64,000 nucleotides of DNA from Octopus vulgaris. Lineage: Eukaryota. The DNA lies in assembly GCA_951406725.2 (NCBI GenBank), contig OX597823.1, positions 60,760,001-60,824,000 of the forward strand, in the 5' to 3' direction. Shown piece by piece: positions 42,470-56,160 of this stretch. A program made the translations under genes and the position numbers. The notes under the pieces were generated by a model that ran no database searches, was not told where the DNA came from, and saw only the letters and a list, made by a program, of their open reading frames with translations. The stretch's first letter is position 1. Each line of letters opens with the position of its first letter.

Positions 42470-42795
42470 TGACGGCCTGTGGCTAAGTGGTTATGGGTAC
42501 TCAGCTTGCAATCATAAGGTCATAAATTCGATTCCCAGTGGCACATTGTGTTTTTGAGCAAAATGCTTTATTTCACATTGTTCCGGTTCACTTAGTTAGC
42601 AAAAATGAGTCGTGCATGTAATTCAAAGGGCCAGCCATGTCACATTTCTTGTCTTGCTGAATCTCCCTGAGAACTACATTAAGGGTATGCATGTCTGTAG
42701 AGTGCTCAGCCAGTTGTATATCAGTTTCAGAAGTAGGCTGTTCCATTGATCAGATCACCTGGAACCCTTGTCATCCTAACCAATGGGGTGCCAGT
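42470..42795 (+). mobile_element. SINE family C head with a third 3' module
   Basis: gtggctaagtggtta head, aattcgattccc B box, ttgagcaaaatgctttatttcac core, gctgaatctccctgagaactacattaagggta tail also seen alone at 30345-30492. Confidence 0.75.
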
Positions 42796-42954
42796 AAACA
42801 CACACACACACACACACACAAAATATTTGTATGTACATATACAGTTCTAGGTTACGTTACACTGTCTGGCGCCTATAATCCTGGTCAATCAAAGTCATAT
42901 GAATAGTTTTGGATGATGGAAACTTTACGAAGCTCGTCGAATACACATCTCTTA

Positions 42955-43386
42955 TTTTTAACTTGTGTCAGTCATTAGACTGTGGTCATGCTGGTGCACT
43001 ACCTTGAGGAATTTTAAGTGGAATGAATCAACCCCACCACCACCACCAGTAGAAAACAGTTTTTGTTTTTTTTAAAATGTGGTACTCATTCTGTTGGTCT
43101 CTTTTGTCGAACCACCGAGTTACGGGGATGTAAACGCACCAACACTAGTTGTCAAGTGATAGTGGGGGACAAACACAAAGACAGACACACACATGCACGC
43201 ACACACACACATACACACAAACACACACACGATAGGTTTCTTTCAGTTTCCATCAACCAAATCCACTCAATGCTTTCATCAGCCTGAAGCCATAGTAGAA
43301 GACACTTGCTTTAGGTGTCAACGAGTGGGAGTGAACCCAGATCCATGTGGTTGGGAGGCAAGCTTCTTACCACACAGCCATGCCTG
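42955..43386 (-). mobile_element. Family A SINE
   Basis: Reverse complement of the full head-core-microsatellite-tail layout (cttaccacacagccatgcctgc at the head end). Confidence 0.85.
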
Positions 43387-43655
43387 CATGTGCCTTGCTG
43401 TCTCGACATCATGTGATAGTTGTAAACAAGTGTCACGATCATGCAAACGGTGTCGTTTCTTTTCAGTATTTTTTCAAAGCTGTCAGGACATGGGGTAATA
43501 TTACTTAACTAGGAAACAGTGTTGGTGGCATCTAGAAAATCCACTTTAATGAAATTCTGTCTGACCCATCTGAACCTGGGTAAATGGGCATTAAAACAAT
43601 GTTGACAATGATGCATATGTATATATAAATGTGCATGAATTATATGTGTGTGTGT

Positions 43656-43705
<50 letters not shown>

Positions 43706-43784
43706 AAATATATTTATGTATATATGTGTGTATATATATACGTGTGTGTGTGTATATGTGTGTGTGTGTATATGTATGTATATA

Positions 43785-43817
<33 letters not shown>

Positions 43818-43850
43818 GTGGATGGATGTATATAAATACACATGCATACA

Positions 43851-44172
43851 GGGTGTGTGGTAAGGAGCATGTGTCCCAACCACATGGTTCCAGGTTCAGT
43901 TCCACTCAGTGGCACTTTAGGCAAGTTTCTTCTACTATAGCCCTAGGTAAAGAAAAAGCCTATCTGTATGCATGTATGTATGCATGCATGTCTGTTTCTT
44001 TGTTTTTGTCCACCATATCACCACTTGACAACCATTGTTAGTTGATTGGTGTTCCTGTATTCTAGCATTTCATCAAATAGAGACCAATAGAATAAGCAAT
44101 CACTCTTAATAACAAAAATGCTGGAGTTTGTTCAACTAAACTCATTGCCCCAGCATGATTTAAGTAAAAGAT
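43851..44172 (+). mobile_element. Family A SINE, partly deleted
   Basis: gtgtggtaaggagc...ccaaccacatggttccaggttcagttccact...gagaccaatagaataag...ccccagcatg. Confidence 0.75.
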
Positions 44173-44294
44173 GAGAGATGCGGCATATGTACATATTATA
44201 TCTGGATGGATATTCATATATATATATATATGCATTTATATGTATGTGTGTGAATGTATATCTATATACCTTCACTATGTATATCTATATACCT

Positions 44295-44591
44295 ATTTCT
44301 TTATTACTCACAAGGGGCTAAACACAGAGTGGACAAACAAACGGATTAAGTCGATTACATCGACCCCAGTGTGTAACTGGTACTTAATTTATCGACCCCG
44401 AAAGGATGAAAGGAAAAGTGGACCTCGGTGGAATTTGAACTCAGAATGTAACGGCAGACGAAATACGGCTACGCATTTCGCCCGGCGAGCTAACTTTTCT
44501 GCTTCGACCTCGGCGGAATTTGAACGCAGAACGTAATGGCAGACTAAATACGGCTACGCATTTCGCCCGGCGTGCTAACGTTTCCACCAGC
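44295..44591 (-). mobile_element. Young Nin/Deu-like SINE with duplicated head and 13-bp TSD
   Basis: TSD tatctatatacct at 44282-94 and 44592-604; CpG-rich; head repeated with 85-bp period (44421, 44506). Confidence 0.9.
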
Positions 44592-44777
44592 TATCTATAT
44601 ACCTTCACACTCTGTGTGTGTGTGTGTGTGTGTGTGTGATGAAATGTGTGTAAAGCTAAGCACTTTATGGATGAGGAACCCTGGGTAACCCTATGAATCA
44701 GCCATAACTAACATTCTCAACATACTCTACTGCTCTGAATTAAGATGTGCTTCCCTTTTAGATTTATAATTTACTGG

Positions 44778-44820
<43 letters not shown>

Positions 44821-44881
44821 TATATATTATTTGCAAAATTAAACATACATTGTTTATATATATTTTTTTGTATGTGTGTGT

Positions 44882-44928
<47 letters not shown>

Positions 44929-44932
<4 letters not shown>

Positions 44933-45347
44933 GCTGTGTCGTAAGAAGCTTGCTTCCCAACCATATGGTTTCGGGTTCAGTCCCACTGCATGGCACTTTG
45001 TGCAAGTATCTTCTACTATTGTCTCGGGCTGACCAAAGGCTTATGAGTGGATTTGGTAGACAGAAACAGAAAGAAGCCCATTGTATATATATGTATATAT
45101 ATGTATGTGTGTGTACATATGTATGTATTCGTGTGTCTGTGTTTGTATCCCCATCATCGCTTGACAACTGATGTTGGTGTGCTTATGTCCCTGTAACCTA
45201 GTGGTTCAGCAAAAGAGACCAATAGAATAAGTACTAGGCTTACAAAAAAATAAGCCCTGGGGTTGATTCGTTCAACTAAAGGCAGTGCTCCAGTATGGCC
45301 ACAGTCAAATGACTGAAACAAGTGAAAGGGTAAAAGAGTAAAAGAAT
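44929..45347 (+). mobile_element. Family A SINE, full length
   Basis: agtggctgtgtcgtaagaagcttgc head, gggttcagtccc B box, tail aaggcagtgctccagtatggccacagtcaaatgactgaaacaag. Confidence 0.9.
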
Positions 45348-45361
45348 ATATATACATATGG

Positions 45362-45755
45362 TTTTTTACATGTTTCAGTCACTGGATTCTGGCCATGCTG
45401 GAGCACTGTCTTGATGTATTTAGTTCAATATATTAATTCTAGCACTTCTAGCCTGGTACTTTCTATATCAGTCCTTTCGTCAAACCACTAAGTTACGAGG
45501 TGTATACAAATGAACACTGGTGGTCTAGCAGTGACTGGGGACAAATACAAACATGGGCACACATGGACATGCACACTCATACCACACACACACACACACA
45601 CACACAACTGTTATGCTTCTCTCAGTTTCTGTCTACTAAAATCGAATCACAATGTTTTGGTCAGTCCCTTTGGAAAAGACACTACTATGTACCAGTGAAA
45701 CTGAACCTGGAACCATCTGGTTGGGAGTCAAACTGTTTACATCACAGGCATACCT
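45362..45755 (-). mobile_element. Older family A SINE, tail-to-tail with the previous copy
   Basis: tgtttcagtcac...ggccatgctggagcactg...ctgaacctggaaccatctggttggg. Confidence 0.75.
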
Positions 45756-45780
45756 TTACATATGCATATGCAAGCATGTG

Positions 45781-45817
<37 letters not shown>

Positions 45818-45943
45818 GTTTATATGTGTATGTATATGTAGTATGCATTTGTGTTTATGTATATATATGTTTGTATGTATATATTTGTCTATTTAGGTAT
45901 ATGCAGTTATATATATATATGTATATATGTGTGTGTGTGAGTG

Positions 45944-45975
<32 letters not shown>

Positions 45976-46210
45976 TGTATTGTATTTGTGCATATGGATA
46001 TATTTTTGTGTATATGTAAGTGTTTATTGATATATATATATACACCCATATATGTAAGCATATGTTTATTTTTATGTCTGTGTTTGTATATATGGTTGAT
46101 TGATTATATGTATGTATTTTTATATATGTATATATGTAAGGATATATATGTGTGTGTGTGTGTATGCCTATGTATTACGTAAGCACACATATATGTGAAC
46201 ATGTGTGGTT

Positions 46211-46249
<39 letters not shown>

Positions 46250-46861
46250 AAAAAGAGAGAGAGAGAGTTGTGGTACAACAAAGCACCAACGTCTACTGGA
46301 AACAGCAGTCGTTACACATATATATATACACTCACACACACACACACACACACAGATGCATACCCTCAAATGAGTGTCTTCAATATTTGTCCTCAGGTTA
46401 TGATAGCTTTATGAGCAGACTTGCTAAATGGAAACTGAAGGAAACCCATTGTATATGTTTGTCTGTGTATGAGAGTTGTCACACGTTACCCCCTTTTCCT
46501 TAGCATCACATGATATTTATAAGCAAGTCTGAACCACATATATAGTCTACACTATGTGTGCCTATGGGGGGAAAATGTTGCTTTGATTGGAAACTGTTTA
46601 GCATTATTGATAGGAAGGATATTTGGGCATAGGATATGCATTATGTGAGCTCTGCAAACATGGAAACTGGGTTGTGTATGTGTGTGTGTGTGTGTGTGCA
46701 TGTGTGTCATTTAATTGACAAAATTACTATGTGACTGAATGGCTGAGAATTTCATGCATTGACACCTATATACATGCACATGCATGCGTGCGCACACAAA
46801 CGCACATACACACAAACATATCAATGTATCTGTGTGCATGTTGTGTTTGTATGTGTGCGTG

Positions 46862-46910
<49 letters not shown>

Positions 46911-46924
46911 GCACACACATGCTC

Positions 46925-47215
46925 AGCACCATTCTTCATAATGCAGTACTCGGGTTTTGTAAGTGGTGTGCCAGTGTCTTTTAAATCCATAAATTTCATA
47001 TCAATGGAAGTGTCTTGAGTAGAACTGGGCAGTTGAGCTCCGTATGGAAGTCCATCCTGTAATTCAAGGGACACCAAGAGGGTGACCAAGAGTTTCCTGG
47101 TGAACTTGCTTTGCCTGGCCTCTTGTGCCAGTGAGAAGCAGATGTTTGCCTTATACAGCTTAATCCATAAACAGTCTGGAGCATTTCATAAGTTTCTGTA
47201 GAGTTTTTGCTCATT
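46925..47215 (-). mobile_element. Mariner transposase relic (N-terminal HTH)
   Basis: KNSTETYEMLQTVYGLSCIRQTSASHWHKR matches the mariner GK.ATET.EML..AYG..C.S...VF.WHKRF motif. Confidence 0.7.
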
Positions 47216-48345
47216 ATCATCATCATCATCATTGTTTAACATCTGCTTTCCAACGCTAGTATGGGTTTGATGATTTGACTGAGGACTGGCGAACCAGATA
47301 TGTGCACCAGGCTCCAATCTTGATCTGGCAGAGTTTCTACAGCTTGATGCCCTTCCTAATGCCAACCACTCCGAGAGTGTAGTGGGTGCTTTTACATGCC
47401 TCTGGCACGAGGGCCAGTCAGACGGTACTGGCAATGGCCATGCTCAAATGGTGTTTTTTTACGTGCCACCTGCACAGGAGCCAGTCCAGTGGCACTGGTA
47501 ATGATCACGCTCGAGTGGTGCTTTTTACTTGCCACCGGCACACACAAAACTTTATTACATAGTAAGCTTCCAGATTTTCCTCCGAATTCCGTCTGCATTC
47601 TGGAAAGCAGACAGCTGTTTAGTTGAAAGTGTTCAAAGTGCTGTTACAGCCATATTCTTCAGTTTAGAATTACAAAAGCTGTCAGGTCAGCTTATTAGAT
47701 GTGTAGTAATTATATACAAAAATGACAACGATCTAGGACTGTTGTAATTGCTTCTTCTAATAAAAAAAGTCTCAACACTTTTGAAATGCACCTTGTAAAG
47801 CATTGCTGATGATGTATGCATATATGTATACACACACTCATATTCACATATTATGCACAGACACATCTGTGTAGTTAAGACCTTCACTGTAGAATCACAT
47901 GATTATAGGTTCCATCCCAGACTGGCCTTTGGGCAAGCGTCTTCAACTATAACCTTTAGCTAAGTAATGCCTTTAAATGAAATTTGCCAATCAGAAATGG
48001 CTCCAAAGGTTATTGTTGTGTGTATGTGTATGTGTGTGTGTGTGTGTGTATATATTCCATTCTGCCTGATAGTATTGTATATTTTTTCAACAGAATTGCA
48101 TTTTACAAATATATTATGTATTTCTATAATATTGTTAGAGTGATCTCTCTTAATTGTACTTGTTCGTGAGCTTGAAATTGCAATAGATATACAGGTGTAT
48201 ATGGATAATCTTCAAAATAATGACGTAAACACACATTAACATACATTTACTCAAATCCTTATATTTGTCCATTCAAAGAAATCTATAAACATTTGAATGT
48301 ATGCATATAATTTAAAGGAACACATTGACACACAAGTATACACTT

Positions 48346-48399
<54 letters not shown>

Positions 48400-49761
48400 C
48401 ATACTTTATAATCGAGTATTAAAAAGTGAGGATTAAAACTCCTGGCAGATATCAACAGTGTACTCAGTATTAAAAGAATTTGGTTAATAATATTCACCAA
48501 TTAGACATCAGTAAATGTTAGAAGAATTCAGATCCCAGATAAGTCTTCATGTATGACTGGTAAATCCAAATATTCTTTGGCAGAATTTCGAGAAATTCAA
48601 AGTATTTGACAACAAAAAATACATACAAGAGAAAATTACATCTTTATTATAGATCTCGTCTTATATAGTGCCGACAATTGTTTCTATAGCATTAACATAT
48701 ATATATATATCATGCTAGCATGGAAAACGGACGCTAAACGACGATGATGATGATGATGATGTGTCTGTATATATAAAATATCATTCAAATTGATATTAAT
48801 AATTCTGAAAAAAAATGTTAGCACAATGTTATCTAGGCGATCCAAAATTATATATATGTGTATGTATGTATGTATGCATGTATGCATACATGCATGCACG
48901 TATGTATGTATACATATATGTAACATATGTCCAATGCTGTCTAAACATGTAGATAGAAACTAACATTCAAATAATAATAGAAGCATAACAGCCAATGGGG
49001 TGGCCACATACCATACAATTCAAACATAGTCAATATTTCCATTTCTTTGAATTGTGAAACTTGAAGTAGATAAGGCTATACTGCCTATACTGCCTGAAAT
49101 TACTCAAATGAAAACACTGTTGTTCATATTTATTTTAATGGAAGTTATGAACTCTCTAATCTAAGGGAGGGAACTTCAGTCCCTTCTATTATTTAATTAC
49201 TTTCAGTGATGTCTGTTGACAAAAAAAAAATCAACACACATGTTACTGAAGTTTTGCAATTTATTTATTTATATGTGGGGATATTTTTTCTGTCAAAACG
49301 TTTATGAATAATGGCTGGGTATGTTGATTTTTGAAGGGGATAACTCAGCATTCCTATAAATCACACGATGAAAAATTGCAAAAAATTTGAGCAAAACATG
49401 TTGAATTCTGTTCATGATGTTTGCATACCCATATCTTTACTAATTGCATTTAATTATTCATTAAAATCTCTTATCATCTTTCTTTTTGTTCGAGTCTATC
49501 TAGTTTTTAGTTATTATTATGTTGTTATAAATGAATTTACAACCAAACATGCATAACATCATTCTCAGTGCAAATGACTATTAACATTTAAAAGAAAAAG
49601 TCTTCTGCAAGAATGTCAATTTTCTTAGTAATCTGACCACAAGTAAATACACTATAAGCATTTTGAATAATCAAACCCAATGCTTTTGCTATTTTCTGCT
49701 TAATCATTGCCAGACTGAGCGTTAAATTTGGAAGATTTTTCAACCGGATGTTAAGATTTAA

Positions 49762-49980
49762 TCCTTTAGTGTTCAGATTACTCTGTTAAATGTAATACTT
49801 TTCCATCAAATTGTTTTGAATTACTCATGCATTGTCTTAGAGCTTTGAGGTTTCAATGATGTGATTGCTTATTTTTAGAATGTCAATGTAGGTTAGGTGT
49901 GAGAGGTTAGATATGGCTAGTTCAAATATAAAACATGTAGAATATTTGGGCTGGATATGGCCGGTTTAAACACTAAAGGG
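49762..49980. mobile_element. TTAA-flanked MITE (piggyBac-like termini)
   Basis: TTAA|TCCTTTAGTGTT ... AACACTAAAGGG|TTAA; related older copy at 57634-57800. Confidence 0.8.
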
Positions 49981-50694
49981 TTAATCATTACATTTTGGTA
50001 GCATGTGCATCATCCCTTTCAGATTATGATTCGGTAGATTAAACCAGTCCTAAGCATCATTGCTGATGCACTAAAGCACTATTGCAGGAGCACGAATACA
50101 ATGAAAATAAACACAAAGTTGTACTTGCATTGTTTTCCACTGAGATGATGAGAAAGTTAAAATGCAAGCTAATGGACATCCAGTCCAAATGCTATTTGAT
50201 ACTGGTGTTGCATACTCTACCCATTCCAGTTTCAATATTAGCAAATTTAATATTAATTATGAATGAAACTTATTGATAAATATTGAACTTTTAATGTTTC
50301 ATATCTGGCATACAACAGCTCTATTTAACTAGTCAGTTAAAAAAGAAAAACAGCACTTAAGCTTTGTTGTTAATAGCTCCTATGACTTTGGATTAATCAG
50401 TGCAGGCAGTTTGAAGAGTACGTTGCATTATGATATTTCTGATTATTTATCATCAATAATATGTTATAACATTAAAATTTCATTACTGGATTTAGTTCTC
50501 TAGTTGCTCTTCACCAGTTCTCTAGTTGCACTTCACATTAAGAAAAAATAGATTAAAAATGAACTTTTCTGCAATCGGTGCAAAAGAAAGACGGTAAATT
50601 GAGATAATATATGCTAATTGCAATGTCCATTTCATTGACAAGATTCAAGACTTTTTCTCACCCAGTGCCACATTTTGAAACCAGTGTTAAATGA

Positions 50695-51089
50695 CATGGG
50701 CATGGTTGTGGGTTGAGAAGCTGGTTTTGTAACCATGCAGTTTTGCATTCAGTCCTGCTGCATTGCACTTTGGACAGTTGTTTTCTACCATAGCCCCAGG
50801 CTGACTGACAGTACTTTGTGAGTGAATTTCACTGGCAGAAACTGTGTGGAAGCCTTCTGTAAACACACCATACATTGTGTATGTGAGTGTTTGTGATCTC
50901 CACTGCTTGACAATCAGCGTTGGTTTGTTCACATCCCCATAACCTATCAGTTTGACAAAAGACAGAATAAGTACCTGACTTAATAAGAAAAGAAGTACTG
51001 GGGTCAATTAATTTGATTAATATTCTTTAAGGCAGTCCTGTTGCATGGCTGTGGTCCAGTGAAAGAAACAAATAAAGAGGATAAAAGAT
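50695..51089 (+). mobile_element. Family A SINE
   Basis: Head, cttctaccatagcccc core, gcttgacaatcagcgttgg, agtactggggtcaat, gaaacaaataaag tail. Confidence 0.75.
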
Positions 51090-51149
51090 ACACAAGGAGC
51101 AAAATTTTTTCTTCAAGTGATGTAAAGAGTGAAGGACAGGTTTAGGAGA

Positions 51150-52990
51150 AGACTCTATACTCTATGCCCAATAAATACCAGTAATGGTTTTTAATTAGTT
51201 GACTGCAGATGGACCTCAAAAGTAACAGTTCCATTTTCTTACATCATCTTTGCAGCAATCAAAATCAAAAATAGATTGAAGAATTTAAGAAAAAAAAAAA
51301 AAAAGGAAGAGGAAAAAGAAGCATTCCTTGCTAAGGTGAAAGATGCATTGATTAATCAAATAAATGCATCTTTCGTAGAGATTCTAGGAGTATATATCTT
51401 AATAACTGGTATTTAGTCTAATAGGCATGAATCAACAGATTTGTATTCTCAAGTTGGAAGAAGTAATTAGGAAATATTTAGGTTGGATATACTATTATCA
51501 CATGTTTATAATGTAAGAAATTGCAGATATATTTGTCTTCTTGGGATAAGCATCAAGAAAAGTTTTTTTTTTTTTTTTTGAAGAAATCTAATGATCTTCT
51601 TACACAGTTACCCTGTTATTGCAAAATTTTTTTCCCCCCAATTGGTGATGATTCTGAATGTATTATAGCAGGAATAATGTCTCTAAATAGAAAGCCCATA
51701 ACATATGTTAGTGATGCACTTTATAGTACCCAGGGAAATAGGAGCAGTATTCACCATAAGGATTCTGATGCTGTATGCTGTATTTAAAGGCAAACATTTT
51801 CTCTTTGGGAAATTTTACTCACTGGTGACTTACCGTTTAGTTATTGCAATTCATTTCTTCAAATTTTCTTCATGTTCCCAAGTAAGTTTCTCAACAGATT
51901 GTTAGCTGGTCTCTTATATGATTTCTATATCATTCACATGCCTTGTAGAGCCATGAGTCGTGTCGATACTGTTAGTAGATTAAAGTAGGATTCAAATCAG
52001 TTTGATACAGTGTTCTTTACAAATGAATTACATTCTGACATAGGTAAAGTTGTATTCATTTTTATTGACACTCCAATTGTTGAAGACAGTATAGAATTTT
52101 TTTAGTGCATTTTAACACCTGTGTTAAAGAATGACAGTTTGCTAGACATTCTTCTGCTAAGACGGTAGAGAATGATGTTATATTTAATAAAATCAGGCTG
52201 TTTGTTCCTAAAAACCTATCTTGCAAAAGTTCTTTTGACAATTCGTGACACATGGCTATATATCAAATGCTGAAGAAAGCAAAAGCTTGTATTTTGTAGA
52301 GATAACAACAAAGAATTTATCAAATCTTGTAACTATGTGCTAAAATCAGATTTAAAGGCACTTCCTTATACTGCTATTTGGTCAGAATCACAGCTTTAGT
52401 AAATATTATATTTAGATCAAAATGCATTCAAAATGCTGGGAATGTGTTCATCACAGTTGATTCAGCCACATCAGGCATTGAAGCCATTTTATGTTTCTGT
52501 AGGTGCTTGGAAAGTATAAAGAAATCATTGTAATCCATTTTCTGTTGAACGATGGTGGTATCAGAAAATGGACCGGAATATATTCAGTTAAGTAACTGGT
52601 TCAATCAGCCTGGTTGCAGGAAAACGGAAAGTCCTACCTCCAGTCCATAATCTAATGGGGCAGCAGAAAGAGCTGTGCAAACAATCAAGTCTGCATTAAA
52701 AGTTTATTTATGTCTAACAACTGGAAAGTTTGATGAGTATTTGCTGAAGGTTCCTTTCCTCATCACAGTGCATCTGGTGCATGTAAATTTTTCTCTATCT
52801 GAGAAATTACTTGGCAGACACTTAAAAGTAGCTGAAAACTCTTTTTTTTTTTTTTTTTTTTTTTTTATAAAGCTGGACAAATGGTTCATTATAAGAAAAT
52901 ATAATGATATTTCCTTTTAATATACATTGTCTGATTCGTGCTGGCAGGAGCACAGAATGGATTAAACGTGATTATGAAAAAGCTCAGCAT
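51150..52990 (+). mobile_element. Decayed Ty3/Gypsy LTR-retrotransposon pol (RT end, RNase H, integrase)
   Basis: RNase H-like GDDSECIIAGIMSLNRKPITYVS and YAVFKGKHFLFGKFYSLVT; RLFVPKNL; integrase core from 52552 VVSENGPEY...SP*SNGAAERAVQTIKSALK...SEKLLGRHLK. The order RH then IN fits Gypsy. No LTRs identified. Confidence 0.85.
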
Positions 52991-53455
52991 AAATTGAACT
53001 AAATAGCTCCTAAATATCTTTCCACAAGTACATCTGCTAACTACGATAACGTTATCAATTGGCCAACAGCACCAGCTTCTCCTTCTTGTGCAGACCTAAC
53101 TACCACTTGATCATGTGATCCCTTCTAATGTTTTAAACAGATCAATATCATGATGATTATGTGAGCCCTTGAAGTAATGTTTCTAACAGGTCAGTATCAT
53201 CAATTCTTCCAGCTGATACTGCTGTTAATATTCAATCTCTTAACACCTCCCAGACTACCAATGCTACTAAACCATGCTCATCCTCACAGCCGCTAAGAAA
53301 AGTAATACAACATCACTACCTAAGAGGTGCAGCATTGTGAAAGGGATTCCAAGGCAGCTAGGGCATAATGTCTAACTAGAGTTAGCGTTTATGGTTGAAG
53401 TAATGTTATATTTTTAGTATACTAGATAGTTACCTGTTTTGTACTTACTGTATTA

Positions 53456-53855
53456 TTAACCCCATTGTTACCAAATTTCTGTTGAAACTTTTTTACCTTT
53501 CAATTAATATAAGAAAAAAAAAATAATGAAGAATGTTATAAAATAATGTTGTCGTTATAAAGTTGAAGTTTGGAACATGACATAAAATATTAATTTCAAA
53601 TTTTGGTACAAGGCCAGCAATTTCAGCAGAGGGGATAAGTTAACTGCATTTGACCTCCCTGAAAGGATGTAAGGCAAAGTTGACCTTATTGGAATTTGAA
53701 CTCAAAATGTGAAGATGGAGAAAACGCTACTAACAATTCTGGCAGCTTAACATGAAATATTAACCGGAAGTTTTAATTTAGTTTACTTTAAAACAGGGAG
53801 TCAGTACTATAAAAACAAGGGCAGTTTTGGATGGCTTAGTATCAAAATAGATAAT
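53456..53855. mobile_element. Old TTAA-type MITE interrupted by a minus-strand Nin/Deu-like SINE (about 53590-53748)
   Basis: Starts ttaaccccattgttacc; insert has gaaaggatgtaaggcaaagttgacc...ggaatttgaactc; aacatga flanks both sides of the insert. Confidence 0.5.
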
Positions 53856-54644
53856 ATGTAAATGTTTCCCGTCAAGATCAGCGCATTGAGTCTGCTTGAT
53901 CCATGGTATCATTGTTATGTTAATGCTGTGGTGTGACATATTATTTGCATGCTTGCACATTGTCGGAACTATTTAAAGTGACTATCAGTTCAATGGAACG
54001 AACAGTTTCTGTGGTGTGCATGGTTTGAGTGGGTCTTCTTTAGCAACATGTTCGTGAAATATGTCTTTATGATAGTAAGTGTATTTCATTTGATTCATTT
54101 GAATGTGGGGAAGTACATGTTAAAGCAATGATGATGATATGTTATACACATATAATACATCACATATATAAATATATACCTACTGAGTATGTGTGAATGT
54201 GTATACACACACACACACACGCACACATATTTGATGTATTCTCTTCTTATGAACAACAAATGAGGGCTCAGTAAAATAAAGCAGTAATCATGTTCTAGGG
54301 AACCAGAAGTGTCTCTTGCGGCCTGCTGGTGCCTTGAAAATTTTTCGGCAAAGGGAACAAGTTGAAGACTCAGTTTGCTCGAGTGCTTGTGGATCATTTA
54401 CTATATGTTTTCTTGGGTTGCTGAAAGGTTCCTGCCTTTAATGGTATTGTGAAAAGCCTGGTTGAAGGCCCAACTTTCTGCGTTCTATTACTGAGCTGAG
54501 AAAATCTGAAGGGCTGCTGCAATAAGCATGTGCATCAGAGGGGGCGGGGTATATTGAATAAAATCATAATTAACCAATCCTCCTGTATTTTCTTTTATCC
54601 ACAGTCAGGAACTTTTCAACACCCTCTTATGTATATGCACATTT

Positions 54645-54801
54645 GCGGCAGTGTCATTGAGAAGTTAACTTCCCAGCTGTATGGTTTGGGGTTCAACCCC
54701 ACTCTGTGGCACCTTGGGCAAGTGCCTTTTACTATAACCCTAGATCAACCAAATCCTTATGAGTGGATTTGGTGGATGGAAGCTGTAAGAAGCTTATTGT
54801 A

Positions 54802-54837
<36 letters not shown>

Positions 54838-55525
54838 CATGTGTACATATATGTGTGTGTGTGTGTGTATATATATATACATGTGTACATATATATGTGT
54901 GTGTGTGTGTATGTACATTTATGTGTGCATGTTTGTACCCCATCACTGCTTGACAACTTGTGTTGGTGTCCTTGTGTCTCTGTGACTTAGCAGTTCATCT
55001 AAAGATCTGATAGAAGAAATACCATAATTTATAACTATAAAACTAAAGTACTGGGGTCGATTCTTTCAACTAAAATTCTTCAGAGTGGTGCCCCAGCATG
55101 CTTACAGTGTACTGACTGAAACAATAATCAAAGAATTTGTATGTGTGTGTGTGTGTGTGTGTACATACACACCCACGCCTTGTGTAGTTGTAAAGCTTGT
55201 TTCTCAGCTATATGGTTTCAGGTTCTGTTCCATTGCACTTTCGACAAGCGCCTTCTATAGCCCTAACCTAACCAAAGACTTATAGGTTAAAGGAAACTGA
55301 AAGCCAATTGCATGTGCATATATGTGTGTGTGTGTGTTTGTCTTGATTTTGAATGATGGTTGCAAATGAACATCACCATCATGCAAGTAATGTTGTTCAT
55401 TTCTTATCTTCCATAAAGAGTCAGTCTGCCCTTGGGGGAGATATTATCTTGCTATAAAAAAATCTACTTCAATGAATTTGATGTGATCCATGCAAGTATA
55501 GGAAAAGATGTTATGGTGATGATGA
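54645..55525 (+). mobile_element. Family A SINE (54645-55135) followed by family B SINE (55178-55525)
   Basis: caccttgggcaagtg core with ccccagcatg tail; then a second head and gatccatgcaagtataggaaaagatgtt tail. Confidence 0.75.
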
Positions 55526-55819
55526 CTTTTGCATGCATGCATGCATGCACACATGCACAGACACACACACATCACACCATGGGCTCTCAACTTCTGATCA
55601 AGTCATAGGATCAGAGGCTGCTATGTGCTGGGTATTTAGGCCGTATTAGCTGTTGCAATTGGAATTAATCAGGCATAACTGAAATGTCTTCATGAATTTA
55701 CATATCTTGCCTTTGTTGGTGGTGTGGTTAAATATTTAATAAATATTTTCTAAGTAAGCAACTCATGTAAAAATCTAGGCTAAATGTAATGTATTTAGTG
55801 GCATATATATATATACATG

Positions 55820-56160
55820 CGTGAAAGCTCATGGCTCAGTGGTTAGAGAGTTGGGCTCACAATCATGAGGTATTGAGTTCAATCTTCCGACCAGGTTGTG
55901 TGTTGTGTTCTTGGGCAAGACACTTTATTTCATGTTGCTTCAGTTCGCTCAACTGTAGAAATGAGTTGCAATATCACTAGTGCCCAGCTGAACTGACCGT
56001 TGCCTTCTCCTTGGATAACATCGGTGGTGTGAAGAGAGGAGGCTGGTATGCATGGATGACTGCTGATCTTCCATAAAGAATCTTGCCCGGACTTGTGCCT
56101 TGGAGGGGAACTTTCTAGGTGCAATCCCATGGTCATTTATGACCAAAGTGGGGTCCTTTA
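55820..56160 (+). mobile_element. SINE family C, full length
   Basis: A box tggctcagtgg, B box gagttcaatctt, core ttcttgggcaagacactttatttc, tail gcaatcccatggtcatttatgaccaaag. Confidence 0.88.
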
